From: a bacterium
Lineage (GTDB): Bacteria; UBA8248
Assembly: GCA_965200245.1 (NCBI GenBank)
Contig: CBDATS010000002.1
Location: forward strand, 192,001 to 256,000
Direction of reading: 5' to 3'
Length of the DNA stretch: 64,000 nucleotides
The first letter of the stretch is position 1. Every line of letters begins with the position of its first letter. The translations under genes were made by a program, and so were the position numbers. The notes below the pieces were generated by a model, which did no database searches, had not been told where the DNA came from, and saw nothing but the letters and a program-made list of their open reading frames with translations. Shown here one piece after another: positions 53,607 to 64,000 of this stretch.

Positions 53607-54091
53607 GGCATATCACTCAAATGGAGGATCACAGCAGATGTCCTGAATGTCTGAGGAAAGGTTCCGTATGCCCCATGCTAGGTATCATTCGGTCGTCATG
53701 TCAAGAATGTCGTCAAACCCGACCGATGAGGGAAAGTCTGCCAGTGATTGAATATGGTATCGATCCCAACAGGACATAGCGACGGGTTTCGGTCTGCGAA
53801 ATGAACCTCGGGAGGGGTTTGTCCCTTTCATCCACTCAAGTGGTCGAGGGCAACGGCGTCGCCCCTGGCGAGCGGCGAGATGAGCTTCATGTCCGCAGCG
53901 GTTGGGGCAGCGTGTTCGCTGTCAGTTCATAGACTAGTGCGGTGAGATCGCGGAAGCGACCTGTGTGACCTTCCAAGAAACCTTGAAGAACCTGAAAACC
54001 CTACTGGCGAAGCATGCGGAAGAATGGCGAGCATTTTTATCTGCCCAAGGAAAACAAAGCTTCCTGAATAGTTGGATAGGGGGAGGACGTT

Positions 54092-55282
54092 ATGGTCGAA
54101 CTGAATGAATTGAGCGCACAGGAAATCGGCCGACGCCTTCGGCTGGCGCGCGAGAACGCGAACATACGACAAGATGATGCAGCCCGGTTCATTGGCATGT
54201 CACGCCCGACACTGGTCTCGATCGAAAAAGGGGCGCGCAGTGTGCGTATTCAGGAACTCCGAGTGTTGGCCCGCCGCTATGGCGTATCGGTGAACGCTCT
54301 CCTCCGCCGCGAGGCCGTTCATATCGATCTCGTGCCCCGTTTCCGGAGACTGCGGGAAACGGAGGGCAGGCATAAGGCGGAAGCCATTCAGCTTTTCAAT
54401 GACCTGATCAAGGCGGACGTCGAGTTGGAAAATGTACTCGGCATCGAACGGCGCCGGAACTATCCGCCGGACCGCGGCATCAATGAAGGCAACGTTCTGA
54501 CTTTGGCCGAGAAACACGCCCAAGAGTTGCGCGACTGGCTGGGCCTCGGTCCAGGGCCGGTTGCTGACATATTCTCGATCATGGAACTCGGCCTCGGGAT
54601 TCGTCTTTATCAGCGCCGCCTGTCATCCGAATCCAGGGTGGCAGGTATGTTCACTTACGATGATACCGTCGGCGCCTGCATTCTTCTAAACGCCAACCAT
54701 CCACTGCCTCGGCGTATCCAGTCGGCCGCGCACGAACTCGGCCACTTCTACTGTACCCGCAACACTCCGGAAATACTTGATGAGGACGAGAGGTTTTTGT
54801 CTCGCGACAAACGTTATGCCAACGCCTTTGGTCGCGCATTGCTGACGCCCGCCGAGAGCTTCAAAGAAAGCTTCCGGCAATTAAAAGAGAGCACTGGCAA
54901 AATTACCCGCCGGCTGATCATTCTGCTTTCCCGGCAATACGATATCTCCCGCCAGACGTGCGTACTTCGTCTGGAGGAACTTGGCATTGCGAGACAGGGG
55001 ACGTGGGATTGGTTTGAGAAGAACGGCGGCATTACGGAGACTCACGTGCGAGAGGTACTTGGCGAGATGGCCGATCGACCTGACCCAGCCAAGCTCGACG
55101 CCGACCGTCCGATTTCCCACCGGATGAGCCTGATTGTCCATGCCGCCTGGAAAAATGACCTCATGTCGGAAGGCCAACTGACGGAACTGTTCAAGATTGG
55201 TCGCGTCGAACTGCGGAATATAATTGACCAGATCGAGCTTGAGGATAGCGAGACGGATGACCTACTCAAGCTCCCTGACTGA
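54092..55282 (+). CDS. XRE-HTH fused to ImmA/IrrE (DUF955) metallopeptidase
   Basis: IGRRLRLARE...SRPTLVSIEKG.R HTH; SAAHELGH (HExxH); ANAFGRALL.P. Confidence 0.9.
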   Translation: MVELNELSAQEIGRRLRLARENANIRQDDAARFIGMSRPTLVSIEKGARSVRIQELRVLARRYGVSVNALLRREAVHIDLVPRFRRLRETEGRHKAEAIQLFNDLIKADVELENVLGIERRRNYPPDRGINEGNVLTLAEKHAQELRDWLGLGPGPVADIFSIMELGLGIRLYQRRLSSESRVAGMFTYDDTVGACILLNANHPLPRRIQSAAHELGHFYCTRNTPEILDEDERFLSRDKRYANAFGRALLTPAESFKESFRQLKESTGKITRRLIILLSRQYDISRQTCVLRLEELGIARQGTWDWFEKNGGITETHVREVLGEMADRPDPAKLDADRPISHRMSLIVHAAWKNDLMSEGQLTELFKIGRVELRNIIDQIELEDSETDDLLKLPD

Positions 55283-55864
55283 TGAACTTGGTCCGTTGGT
55301 TCTCGATACGAGTGTCTTATCAACCTCTACGCCTGCAGCTATGGCGTGCGTATTCTGGCGGCTATTCCCAACGACATCATCGTTCCGCAGGTCGTAGCCA
55401 CGGAACTTGAACACGAAACAAGCCGCAAGAAGGGAGAACACGGTTTTTTGAACGACCTAATAGCCGGAGGAAAGGTGACGCTCGGCGAAATGTCTGACGA
55501 GGAGAATAAACTCTTCGTCAATTTCATCTCCGGCTCACCGTCCCTCGACGATGGCGAAGCCGCGACGATTGCGATTGGGGCCAAATGCCAATTCCTTCCG
55601 CTCCTGGATGATCGAAAGGGGCGAGCACAGGCCATCCATGTCCTGCGTGGCCGAGAACCGGGCTGGCCCATCGACCTGTTTCGCCATACTTCGATAATTC
55701 CTGCCTTGGGGAACACTATTGCGATTGAAGCTCTGTATCTGGCGCTTCTCAATGGAAGAATGCGCGTCCCCGTTGAAAGCACCGAGCACATCATTGAACT
55801 CCTCGGCCGCGAGCGGGCGAAAAACTGTACCTGCCTCCCGAATTACCGGAAACTCTTCGGGTAA
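55257..55864 (+). pseudogene. PIN-domain protein, frameshifted near 55318
   Basis: MTYSSSLTDELGPLVLDTSV in one frame, then LINLYAC...V..EL...LDDGEAATIA...LLDDRKGR in the next. The start overlaps the end of the ImmA gene. Confidence 0.75.
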
Positions 55865-56146
55865 TCCATGAACCGACATTCGATAGAGAAACAAGAAGAA
55901 CACCAGAAAGTTGATGGATCAGAATCAGGTACAGGCCCGGGTGAAGGTCTGTCTGTTCATTCCAAGCAGAGATTTCCGGGTTGTCACACAGATGGCGATT
56001 GCCTTGCTTTTGATTGAGTTCCCGGTCAGTGACTCGAATGACACCACCGTGGTCGTTGGCACAGGCGAAGGTCAGGTGAACGAGATAATATAAAGGCTAC
56101 GAAGAACTGATCGATTCCGGCAACTGTTCCCGTATGGAACCCGCCC

Positions 56147-57520
56147 CTACGAAAGCATGGCGGTGAGATGAGTCAGATCCTCCGCCGTATCGAGACGATA
56201 CCAAGCGTCCCAAGCGGCTTTGGCCTTCCCTGCCGGGAGGCCAGAGGCGCATTCCAGGAATTTCTCCCGGAGTTCCAGTTCCGTCAGGGGATTCTCGACG
56301 TGGCCTCGCGCGCGGGCGAAATGGCGGGTGAGATGGCGCCCGTCTTTAAGTTCGACCCAGACTTCAGCCGCCTCGGTTTCAGGGTCCTCGCGCGACATCT
56401 TCTCGTCCAACTCAAACGCCACACGCTTCTGGAGCGCGACTATCTCGGGCCGCTGCACACTTTCCTCCCTGAACTGGTGGATACCGACCTTCCGGTCCAC
56501 AAGTGCGGAAGCAATGCAGAACGGCATGGAGAATTTCCCCTCGAGACCCGTGGTCGCTTCCCTGTAACGCAGGACCTTGAGCGTCATGGTGGATGCCCGC
56601 GCGCCCAGGGCCGCCACGTCTTCCACGTTGACATCCTCGCTCGTCACCAGATCGAGCATGGCGTCGATGCCCGGATGCGTCATTGCGCAGCAGGGATGAA
56701 TCTTGACACAGACGCCCTCTTCAATGTCCCAGGGTGCACCCCAGGGAATGACCGCACTCTCCCAGTCCGCGAATTCATGGGCTTTCGGTCCGATTCCCTC
56801 CGCCGCCATGGCCGCCGTGAAACCCGTCTCCAGCGTATCTTCTGCCGCCGTGAAGCCGCCTTCCGCGAGTTTCGCCGCCACGAGGCCCGCTCTTGCGGAC
56901 TGGCCCGCATGAAAGGGTTTCGTCATCGTGCCGAAGTTCGACACCAGCCCCGCCGAGCCGCTGGCACCCAGGCTCAGGGCGTTCATCGCCTGCGTCTCGT
57001 CCAGCCCGAGCAGATACGCTCCTGCACCTGCCACACCGACCGAACCGAGTGTGGCCGTGGCGTGGAAGCCCCGGCGATAATGCCCGGGATTCACCGCACG
57101 GCCCAAGACATGCAACAGTTCGAAACCGATCGTGTAGGCTTCCAGCACTCTGGCACCCCCGATTCCCCTCTCCTCTGCCAGTGCGATGAGCGCAGGCACC
57201 AAGGTGACGCTCGGGTGCCCCAGCATCACGAAGTCCACATCGTCGTAATCAAGCGCGTGGCCCGCCGTTCCGTTCACGAAGGCGGCCCAGGAGGCACTCG
57301 TACGCTCATCGGTACCAATCAGGCGAGCAACAGGCGCACCGCCCTCGGAGACTGCAAGCCGATGCGCGAGCCTCGTGCATTCATCCTCCCGACCGGCCAG
57401 AATCACGCCCAGCGTGTCGAGCACGGCGTTTCTTGACTGCGCGCGGGCCTCCTCGCTGACGTCGGAAGCACGAGCCGCCACGATTCTTTTCGCCAGCTCT
57501 CTCGTGGCCGGATAGGTCAT
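56147..57520 (-). CDS. MmgE/PrpD family protein
   Basis: HALDYDD, GHPS, GFHATAT, TKPFHAG, KIHPCC, GKFS, G..ENPL. Confidence 0.92.
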   Translation of the reverse strand: MTYPATRELAKRIVAARASDVSEEARAQSRNAVLDTLGVILAGREDECTRLAHRLAVSEGGAPVARLIGTDERTSASWAAFVNGTAGHALDYDDVDFVMLGHPSVTLVPALIALAEERGIGGARVLEAYTIGFELLHVLGRAVNPGHYRRGFHATATLGSVGVAGAGAYLLGLDETQAMNALSLGASGSAGLVSNFGTMTKPFHAGQSARAGLVAAKLAEGGFTAAEDTLETGFTAAMAAEGIGPKAHEFADWESAVIPWGAPWDIEEGVCVKIHPCCAMTHPGIDAMLDLVTSEDVNVEDVAALGARASTMTLKVLRYREATTGLEGKFSMPFCIASALVDRKVGIHQFREESVQRPEIVALQKRVAFELDEKMSREDPETEAAEVWVELKDGRHLTRHFARARGHVENPLTELELREKFLECASGLPAGKAKAAWDAWYRLDTAEDLTHLTAMLS

Positions 57521-57598
57521 GGAGGATTCTCCTCGCATACGGGTGAATATGGGCGGGATGGCTCCCGCAGTGCCGGGGGACCGACCTCGATTTTCAAG

Positions 57599-59233
57599 TC
57601 AAATGCCGCGCGGACGCTCGGCCGGTTCTTTCGCCCTGCGCCCCCTGCCCGCCGGTTTTTTCATGTTCTCGGTAAGCCTGAACTTGTTCACCGCGTTCAG
57701 GAAGGCCTTGGCACCCGCTTCCACGGTATCGGGACTCGTCGCGTGGCCCGCTATCTGCAAGTTGCCCTCGAACTCCACCATCATGTTCACTTCGGCGAGC
57801 GCGTCACGCCCATGCGTGACGGCGTTCACCGAGAAATCCGCCAGACGGCACTCAATCCCCACCACACGGCAGATGGCGTTGATGGCCGCATCCACAGGGC
57901 CGTTGCCCTGGCTCACGTCCGAGAATTCGTTTTCCCCCTGCCGGATGCGCACCGTGGCCGTGGAAGCAGGCTGCGTGCCCGTGGAGCAGGTAACCTGCAG
58001 GAATTCGAGGCTGTAGTAGTTTTCCCCACCCTCGGAGCGGTTTTGCTGCAACAGCGCTATCAAGTCCTCGTCGTAGACCTCTTTTTTCTTGTCTGCGAGA
58101 TCGATGAAACGCGGGTAGATGGCCGAAATATCCTCGCGCGACATCCTGAAGCCGAGTTGATAGTAGCGCTTCCTCAAACCCGCGCGGCCCGAGTGCTTGC
58201 CGAGCACGAGCGTGTTCGAGGGTCTGCCCACGGACTTGGGCGTCATGATCTCATACGTGATGGCCTTCGATATCACGCCGTGCTGGTGGATACCCGCCTC
58301 GTGTGCGAAGGCGTTCTTGCCGACCACCGCCTTGTTGGGCTGCACGGGCACGCCCGTCATGGAGGTGAGGAGCCTGCTCGTGGGATATATCTCGCGAGTC
58401 TTGACCCCCGATTTGTAGTTGAGTTCGTCGCGCCGCGTGGCGATGGCCATCACGAACTCTTCCAGTGAGGCGTTGCCAGCCCGTTCGCCGATACCGTTGA
58501 TGGTACATTCCACCTGCCGCACGCCGGATTCGATAGCCACAATGCTGTTCGCCACCGCGAGACCGAGGTCGTCGTGGCAGTGCGCGCTGAAAACCACATC
58601 GTCATAATTCGGCACTTTCTCGAAAATGTGCTCCCAGAAGCGCTTGAATTCGCTGGGGATGATGTAGCCCACCGTGTCGGGCAGGTTGATGGTGGTCGCC
58701 CCCTCCTCGATGGCGATTTTCACCGTCTCGACCAGGAAATCCCAGTCCGAGCGGGTAGCGTCCTCAGCACTCCATTCCACGTCCTTGCAGAGGTTTCGTG
58801 CGTGGCGAACCGAGGCGGCAATTTCCTTGAGAAGTGCCGTGCGCGTCATCTTGAGCTTGTGCTTCAGGTGAATGTCCGACGTGGCGATGAAGGTGTGGAT
58901 TCTGGGTTTTTTCGCGTGACGCACCGCCTCCCAGCAACGGTCGATATCCTCGCGCGCGGAGCGCGAAAGTCCGGCGACGACCGTCCTGGTTACAGCCTTG
59001 GCTACATCGCGCACCGATTCGAACTCATCGTTCGACGCGATGGGAAAACCTGCCTCGATGATGTCCACGCCCAGCTTTTCGAGTTGAAGCGCCATCTGTA
59101 CCTTCTGGAAATGATCCATGCTGCAGCCGGGCGACTGCTCTCCGTCCCTGAGCGTGGTGTCGAAAATACGGATTCTGTTCGAGGCCGCGCTTCTCGATGG
59201 TTTTTTTCGTACTGCCGTGGCTTTTCTCGCCAT
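57599..59233 (-). CDS. leuA: 2-isopropylmalate synthase
   Basis: DTTLRDGEQSPG, LPDTVG, HCHDDLGLA, GIGERAGN, AHEAGIHQ, LGKHSG, GNGPVDA. Confidence 0.97.
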   Translation of the reverse strand: MARKATAVRKKPSRSAASNRIRIFDTTLRDGEQSPGCSMDHFQKVQMALQLEKLGVDIIEAGFPIASNDEFESVRDVAKAVTRTVVAGLSRSAREDIDRCWEAVRHAKKPRIHTFIATSDIHLKHKLKMTRTALLKEIAASVRHARNLCKDVEWSAEDATRSDWDFLVETVKIAIEEGATTINLPDTVGYIIPSEFKRFWEHIFEKVPNYDDVVFSAHCHDDLGLAVANSIVAIESGVRQVECTINGIGERAGNASLEEFVMAIATRRDELNYKSGVKTREIYPTSRLLTSMTGVPVQPNKAVVGKNAFAHEAGIHQHGVISKAITYEIMTPKSVGRPSNTLVLGKHSGRAGLRKRYYQLGFRMSREDISAIYPRFIDLADKKKEVYDEDLIALLQQNRSEGGENYYSLEFLQVTCSTGTQPASTATVRIRQGENEFSDVSQGNGPVDAAINAICRVVGIECRLADFSVNAVTHGRDALAEVNMMVEFEGNLQIAGHATSPDTVEAGAKAFLNAVNKFRLTENMKKPAGRGRRAKEPAERPRGI

Positions 59234-59616
59234 GGTTCAGGACTCCTCGGGAAATTTCATTTTTTCGTGAATGTGCGCCTTGAGCGGAACGCCAGAAATT
59301 GAGTTAACGGATCGGCGCCTGCACGCAAGGCGGGTGAGCGCGCTGGTTTCCTAAGAAACCAGTGGATGGCGGGGCGTCTTGAAAACGCCCCAGGACCTCC
59401 TGCGATCCTGATGACTCATCGAATCAAAACTCCATTTTGATCAATTGGTTGCGAGGCCGCGCTACGAAACGGACTGTCACACGGAAGTCCCCGCGAAAGC
59501 AATACCGATCTTATGGGTCATGCGTGTGCCGAGGTCAAGTCGCCTTTTTCGTTTTTTTCGATTTCCAGGATCAGCACCTGGAACGCCATGACTTTCGCAC
59601 ACATGAAACCTCACCC

Positions 59617-60411
59617 CTACTGCGCATACTGCCCACCGTCGACAACCAAGGTCGAGCCCGTCATAAAGCTCGAAGCGTCGCTCGCCAGAAAGAGAATCGC
59701 ACCCTTGAGCTCTTCGGGCCGGCCGATGCGCCCCATCGGGATGTGGGCCCTGACGAGCCTCTGGCCGGCTTCCGAGTCGAAGAACCTGCTGTTGATGTCG
59801 GTGAGAAAATACCCGGGCGCCAGTGCGTTCACACGCACACCCGTTTTCGCCCATTCGAGCGCGAGCGTCTTGGTTAACTGAATCAAACCACCCTTGCTCG
59901 CCGTGTAGGCCGAGAGCATCTTGACGCCGATGTACCCTGCGACCGAGGAGACGTTCACAATGGCCCCGTCTCCGCGCTCGACCATACCCGGCGCCACGGC
60001 CTGGCACATCAGGAACGCGCCGCGCAGGTTCGTTTCCAGCACCTGATTCCATCGTTCAAGCGGAAGATCCGTGGCCCAGCCCTCGCCGCTGACCCCGCTG
60101 TTGTTCACCAGAACGTCGATGCGCCCCAATGCGTTTTCCGCCTCGCGCGCCGCCTCGCGGACCGAATCGGGTTGCGTCAGGTCGCACGCGACGACACAGG
60201 CTGCACGACCCAGGGCACGAATCTCCTCCGCCGCCTCCTCAAGCTTGTCCTTTCGCCTCGCCGCCAAGGCGATATCCGCTCCCGCTTCGGCCAGCGCATG
60301 GGCCATCGCACGTCCGAGACCGGTGCCGCCACCCGTGATCAACACCTTTCTTCCGCTTAAATCAAATAGTTGTGACAATTCAATTTCACCTGACTGGAAC
60401 ATTTCCCACAA
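59617..60411 (-). CDS. SDR family oxidoreductase (KduD/IdnO-like); true start probably a few codons downstream
   Basis: TGGGTGLG, NNSG, YTASK, VNALAPGYF, VDGG. Confidence 0.9.
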   Translation of the reverse strand: MWEMFQSGEIELSQLFDLSGRKVLITGGGTGLGRAMAHALAEAGADIALAARRKDKLEEAAEEIRALGRAACVVACDLTQPDSVREAAREAENALGRIDVLVNNSGVSGEGWATDLPLERWNQVLETNLRGAFLMCQAVAPGMVERGDGAIVNVSSVAGYIGVKMLSAYTASKGGLIQLTKTLALEWAKTGVRVNALAPGYFLTDINSRFFDSEAGQRLVRAHIPMGRIGRPEELKGAILFLASDASSFMTGSTLVVDGGQYAQ

Positions 60412-60642
60412 ATTTCGTGGAAAAGTTGTGGGTAAGTCTGCCTAGAAAGCCTCTAAACCCCTTTTTTTCCTACAGCTACTACGGTTTGACACGAATTTGC
60501 GCAAATTTTTCAACCATAATATATTCAATAAGATACACCGTATTTTCGCCTTCCGGGGCCTTGTGCCTTTGTTCTAAACATTGTTTTTGCACAAGTTTCA
60601 TGGACAATATCCCGAATCAGCGCCGAACCGACTGGAATTTTT

Positions 60643-61239
60643 TCATTTCGAAACATCATTGTCACCTGACTTCCCCGCCGGGTCCGCTTCATAGAAAAGC
60701 AAAATCGTATCACCGTAGCGCTTCTCGCGCACGAAACGTGCCCCGCACGTTTCGCTGTCCCGGTGCCCGCCCCCCCGGGGAGCCTCCATCACCAACTCCG
60801 CACATATCGGCTCGGGCGTGAAGACCGCCTTGAGAAGCGCCCTGCGCAAGTCCTGTTCTCGCCAAGGTGGATCGCCGAAGGCAAGATCGAACCTGAGCGC
60901 GGAATCCTTGCGCATGCGGCCCAGTTCGTCGATGATATCCGAGCAGCGCACCTCCAATCCTTCTGCCAAACCGAGTGCCCTGGCGTTTCGCCGTATCGCT
61001 GCACAAAGGCGCGGGTTTCTCTCCACCGCCACGACGCTTGCAGCCCCCCGGCTGAGCGCTTCCAGGGATATCGCGCCAGAGCCCGCGCACAAATCCAGAA
61101 CGCGCGCGCCGGGGACAGCGTCTCCCCAGATGCTGAACAGCGCCTCCCGCACCCTTTCGCCCGTAGGCCTTACGCCCGCCTCTTCCGGCGAGGCAATCCT
61201 CCTGCTCCTCGCCCGGCCGCCAATGATTCTGAGCGACAA
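60643..61239 (-). CDS. rsmD: 16S rRNA m2G966 methyltransferase RsmD
   Basis: LRIIGG, RPT.ERVREALF, LDLCAGSG, EALSRGA, DPPW, YG.T. Confidence 0.92.
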   Translation of the reverse strand: MSLRIIGGRARSRRIASPEEAGVRPTGERVREALFSIWGDAVPGARVLDLCAGSGAISLEALSRGAASVVAVERNPRLCAAIRRNARALGLAEGLEVRCSDIIDELGRMRKDSALRFDLAFGDPPWREQDLRRALLKAVFTPEPICAELVMEAPRGGGHRDSETCGARFVREKRYGDTILLFYEADPAGKSGDNDVSK

Positions 61240-61248
61240 GGCAAGTCC

Positions 61249-62157
61249 TCAGAGACGCTCGAAGCGGGCCAGTTCGCCAAAGGTCCGGTAGCGCGCGTCG
61301 ATTTCCTCGCGCGTGAGGGCACGCATACGATCGTAACTGAACGATTCCACGTTGAACGACGCCATGACGCTGCCGAAAACGACCGCCCGGCGCATCCCGG
61401 ACTCACTGAGGTCGCCCGTGGCGGCTAGATGGCCCATGAAGCCGCCGGCGAAGCTGTCACCGGCCCCCGTTGGGTCGCATACGTCCTCGATCGGAAGTCC
61501 GGGAGCGGAGAACACACTACCTTCATGAAAGAGCAGCGCGCCGTACTCACCCTGTTTCACCACGAGAGTCTTCGGACCGATTTCGCGGATGCGGCGCGCG
61601 GCACGCGCGATGTTCGCCTCTCCCGACAGGGCGCGGGCCTCTGCGTCGTTGATGACCACCAGATCCACCATCGAGAGCGTTTTGAGAAGTTCCCCGCGCT
61701 TGCCCTCTATCCAGAAGTTCATGGTGTCGCACGCCACGAGCCTGGGCGATTTCGTCTGGCCCAGGACATCGGCCTGAAGTTCGGGGTCGATATTCGCCAG
61801 AAAGACCAGATCGGTGCCCTGGAAACTATCCGGCAACCTGGGCGAGAAACTCTCGAAGACGTTCAACTGCGTGTCGAGCGTGTAGGCTGTGTTGAGATCA
61901 AACCCGTACTCCCCCTTCCAGCGGAAGGTCTCCCCTTCTCTCCGCTCGATGCCCGAGATATCGATTTTGCGCTCCTTCAGGAATTCAATCGTATCGGCGG
62001 GAAAATCCGACCCCACGACCGCGACAAGCCGCACATCCGTGAAATAGCTTGCCGCCACGGAGAAATAAGTGGCCGACCCTCCCACCGCCTCCTCGCGCTC
62101 GCCGAAGGGCGTCTTCACCGAATCAATCGCCATGGAACCGACTACCAGAAGACTCAT
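61249..62157 (-). CDS. PfkB family carbohydrate/nucleoside kinase
   Basis: GGSATY, DTMNFWI, INDAEA, K.GEYG, DPTGAGDSFAGG. Confidence 0.92.
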   Translation of the reverse strand: MSLLVVGSMAIDSVKTPFGEREEAVGGSATYFSVAASYFTDVRLVAVVGSDFPADTIEFLKERKIDISGIERREGETFRWKGEYGFDLNTAYTLDTQLNVFESFSPRLPDSFQGTDLVFLANIDPELQADVLGQTKSPRLVACDTMNFWIEGKRGELLKTLSMVDLVVINDAEARALSGEANIARAARRIREIGPKTLVVKQGEYGALLFHEGSVFSAPGLPIEDVCDPTGAGDSFAGGFMGHLAATGDLSESGMRRAVVFGSVMASFNVESFSYDRMRALTREEIDARYRTFGELARFERL

Positions 62158-62378
62158 TTTTCTCCACCTTATAACGATATCGGGCAGCTTGAGCCCGCCT
62201 CATCAATTGACTTCGTCCCTGCGCGTTTTCTGTCCCGCATTGCAGGAGAGCAACTCTAGCTTCAAAGCGCGCGCGTTTCAAAGAGCATATCCGATTCGCA
62301 GCAAAATATGCTATAGATTCAAAGACCCCTGACAGCAAGCAGTCCTATTTTTCTGCTTGATGGGTGAAGGAGAGCTGT

Positions 62379-63476
62379 ATGGACGCGAAACATCCCCTTG
62401 CCACGCGCGAAGAGTTGGCAAATCTCGATTTCTTCACCGACCTCGCCGACCGCTACCTCGCCGTGGACGGTCTGGAAGCACGGTGGGTGAGTTTTTCGAA
62501 AAAAGAGATTCTTCCCGACCCGGAAACCACCAGGCGCATGCACTACCTGGTTTCCCTAGCACGCGCTGTCGAGGAAACGCTCGATTCCGCCTTTCGGGCG
62601 GGCCACATCCCCGGCACCGCCTTTTTCGGGCGGGGAAACGAGGGGGCGAGCGTCGCGAGCGCGATGTGCCTGGAAGATGATGAATGGCTCGTGCCCATGC
62701 ACAGAAACTGCGGCGCGCACCTCGCCAAGGGCCATCCGCCGCGCAGCATCATGTCGCATTTCTTCGGACGCGCCGACGGGCCCTCGGGCGGGCGTGACGG
62801 GAACTTTCACATGGGCTACCGTCCCAAGCGCATCACACAGCTCATCAGCCATATCGGCACCATGGTGCCCATCGCCACAGGGGTGGCCTGGGCGGCCAAG
62901 GCACGCGGCAAGGGCGAGGCCACCATCAACTATATCGGCGACGGTGGCACGAGTTCGGGCGATTTCCACGAGGCCGTGAACTTCGCCGCCGTGCGGAAGC
63001 TCCCTCTCGTCGTCATCATCGACAACAACCAGTACGCCTACAAGACGCTTCTGAGCGATCAATACGCCTGCGACACCCTGGTGTGCAAGGCACCCGGCTA
63101 CGGGATTCCTGGTTTTCTGATCGACGGCACAAACGCGCCCCTGATGCATCACGTCTGCAGCCAGGCGCTTGCGCGCGCGAGGACGGGCGACGGACCCACG
63201 CTCATCGAAAGCATTACCCTGCGCGCGGCCGGCCATTCGGTCTACGACAAGTTCGCCGACTACGTGGACATGGCACACTTCGAGAAATGGACCAACGAGC
63301 GTGATCCCCTCAAGCGGCTGGACGAGACGCTCGTCGAGTTCGGCCTCATGACGGCGGAAGAAGTCACCGCCTCTCACGCGCGAGCGAGAAAAGACGCCGA
63401 AGACGCGCGCGATGAAGCACTGAAAAGCCCGATGCCCGATCCCGTGCACCTGACCGAGGGAGTGTTCGCAGAATGA
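62379..63476 (+). CDS. 2-oxoacid dehydrogenase E1 alpha subunit (ThDP-dependent)
   Basis: GNEG, HR, GRDGNFH, GDGG...FHEAVN, DNNQYA, IDG, GPTLIE, R..GHS, DP. Confidence 0.92.
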   Translation: MDAKHPLATREELANLDFFTDLADRYLAVDGLEARWVSFSKKEILPDPETTRRMHYLVSLARAVEETLDSAFRAGHIPGTAFFGRGNEGASVASAMCLEDDEWLVPMHRNCGAHLAKGHPPRSIMSHFFGRADGPSGGRDGNFHMGYRPKRITQLISHIGTMVPIATGVAWAAKARGKGEATINYIGDGGTSSGDFHEAVNFAAVRKLPLVVIIDNNQYAYKTLLSDQYACDTLVCKAPGYGIPGFLIDGTNAPLMHHVCSQALARARTGDGPTLIESITLRAAGHSVYDKFADYVDMAHFEKWTNERDPLKRLDETLVEFGLMTAEEVTASHARARKDAEDARDEALKSPMPDPVHLTEGVFAE

Positions 63477-64000
63477 TTACCTACCGCGAAGCCCTCAGCG
63501 AGGCCCTCTGGGAGGAAATGGAACGGGATGAGGACGTGTTTCTCCTGGGAGAAGACATCGGTCTGGGCGGCGGGGCCTTCTACATCACAAAAGGGTTTAT
63601 GGAAAGGTTCGGGCGCGACCGTGTGGTGGACGTTCCCCTGAGCGAGGCGGGCTTCACGGGCGCGGCCATTGGTGCCGCACTTTGCGGAATGCGGCCCGTG
63701 GTGGAGTTTCAGTTCGCCGATTTCGTCACGGAATCCTACAAGATGATCGTGGATTTCGCCGCCGGGAACCACTACAGACAAATGGGGCCGGTACCTGTCG
63801 TCCTGCGTCTTCCGGCGGCCGCTCTCGTGAGCGCGGGCCCGTTTCACAGCCAGAACCCCGAAATCTGGTTCTTCGGAACGCCGGGCCTCAAGATCGTAGC
63901 CCCCACCACCGCCCACGACGCCAAGGGCATGCTCAAGGGAGCGATAAGGGACCCCAACCCCGTCATCTTCATGGAATACAAGAAATTCTACAACTACCCG
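63473..64000 (+). CDS. 2-oxoacid dehydrogenase E1 beta subunit (3' partial)
   Basis: ATGA overlap with the alpha subunit. MITYREALSEAL.EEM.RD..V.LLGEDIG, DVPLSE, EFQFADF, HSQ, PGLKIV, DPNPVIFME; the frame runs off the window. Confidence 0.92.
   Translation, partial: MITYREALSEALWEEMERDEDVFLLGEDIGLGGGAFYITKGFMERFGRDRVVDVPLSEAGFTGAAIGAALCGMRPVVEFQFADFVTESYKMIVDFAAGNHYRQMGPVPVVLRLPAAALVSAGPFHSQNPEIWFFGTPGLKIVAPTTAHDAKGMLKGAIRDPNPVIFMEYKKFYNYP

Noticed and set aside
53700-53960. Possible degenerate transposase fragment (GQTPPEVHFA-like) on the minus strand
   Set aside because: Too short and interrupted by stops to support a call.
60525-60713. Short ORF downstream of rsmD
   Set aside because: It overlaps rsmD, has no motif and runs into promoter-like AT-rich DNA.

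Overview
This is a 64 kb stretch of bacterial chromosome. Its gene content and order (rplU-rpmA-obgE-proB-nadD-rsfS, rpiB-nrdR, and many SDR, Rid, PrpD, CaiB and MDR enzymes) resemble Nitrospinota, Tectomicrobia or deltaproteobacteria-like lineages, possibly host-associated; that placement is inference only. The housekeeping backbone is intact: dusB, tsaD, ctpA, tkt, eno, nrdR, rpiB, the obgE cluster, mnmA, a CCA enzyme, pyrR, leuA, rsmD and a 2-oxoacid dehydrogenase E1. Accessory islets are interspersed, and many of their genes carry nonsense codons, frameshifts or tandem duplications. Four items stand out. (1) An intact, tightly packed operon, Rid-yqeB-MoxR/CbbQ AAA+-VWA-yqeC-xdhC, places an AAA+/VWA chaperone pair inside the selenium-dependent molybdenum hydroxylase maturation genes. 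(2) A defence-like islet has an anchorless GT51 transglycosylase-domain gene overlapping a Pol-beta-type nucleotidyltransferase gene, next to a decayed Dam-like/NotI-like R-M pair. (3) An orphan NHLP (proteusin-type) RiPP precursor has a Trp/Tyr/Asp-rich core. (4) A methyltransferase-like gene is coupled to an SplB-like radical SAM gene. No rRNA, tRNA, CRISPR array or intact transposase was recognised. All calls come from reading motifs by eye; no database searches were run.
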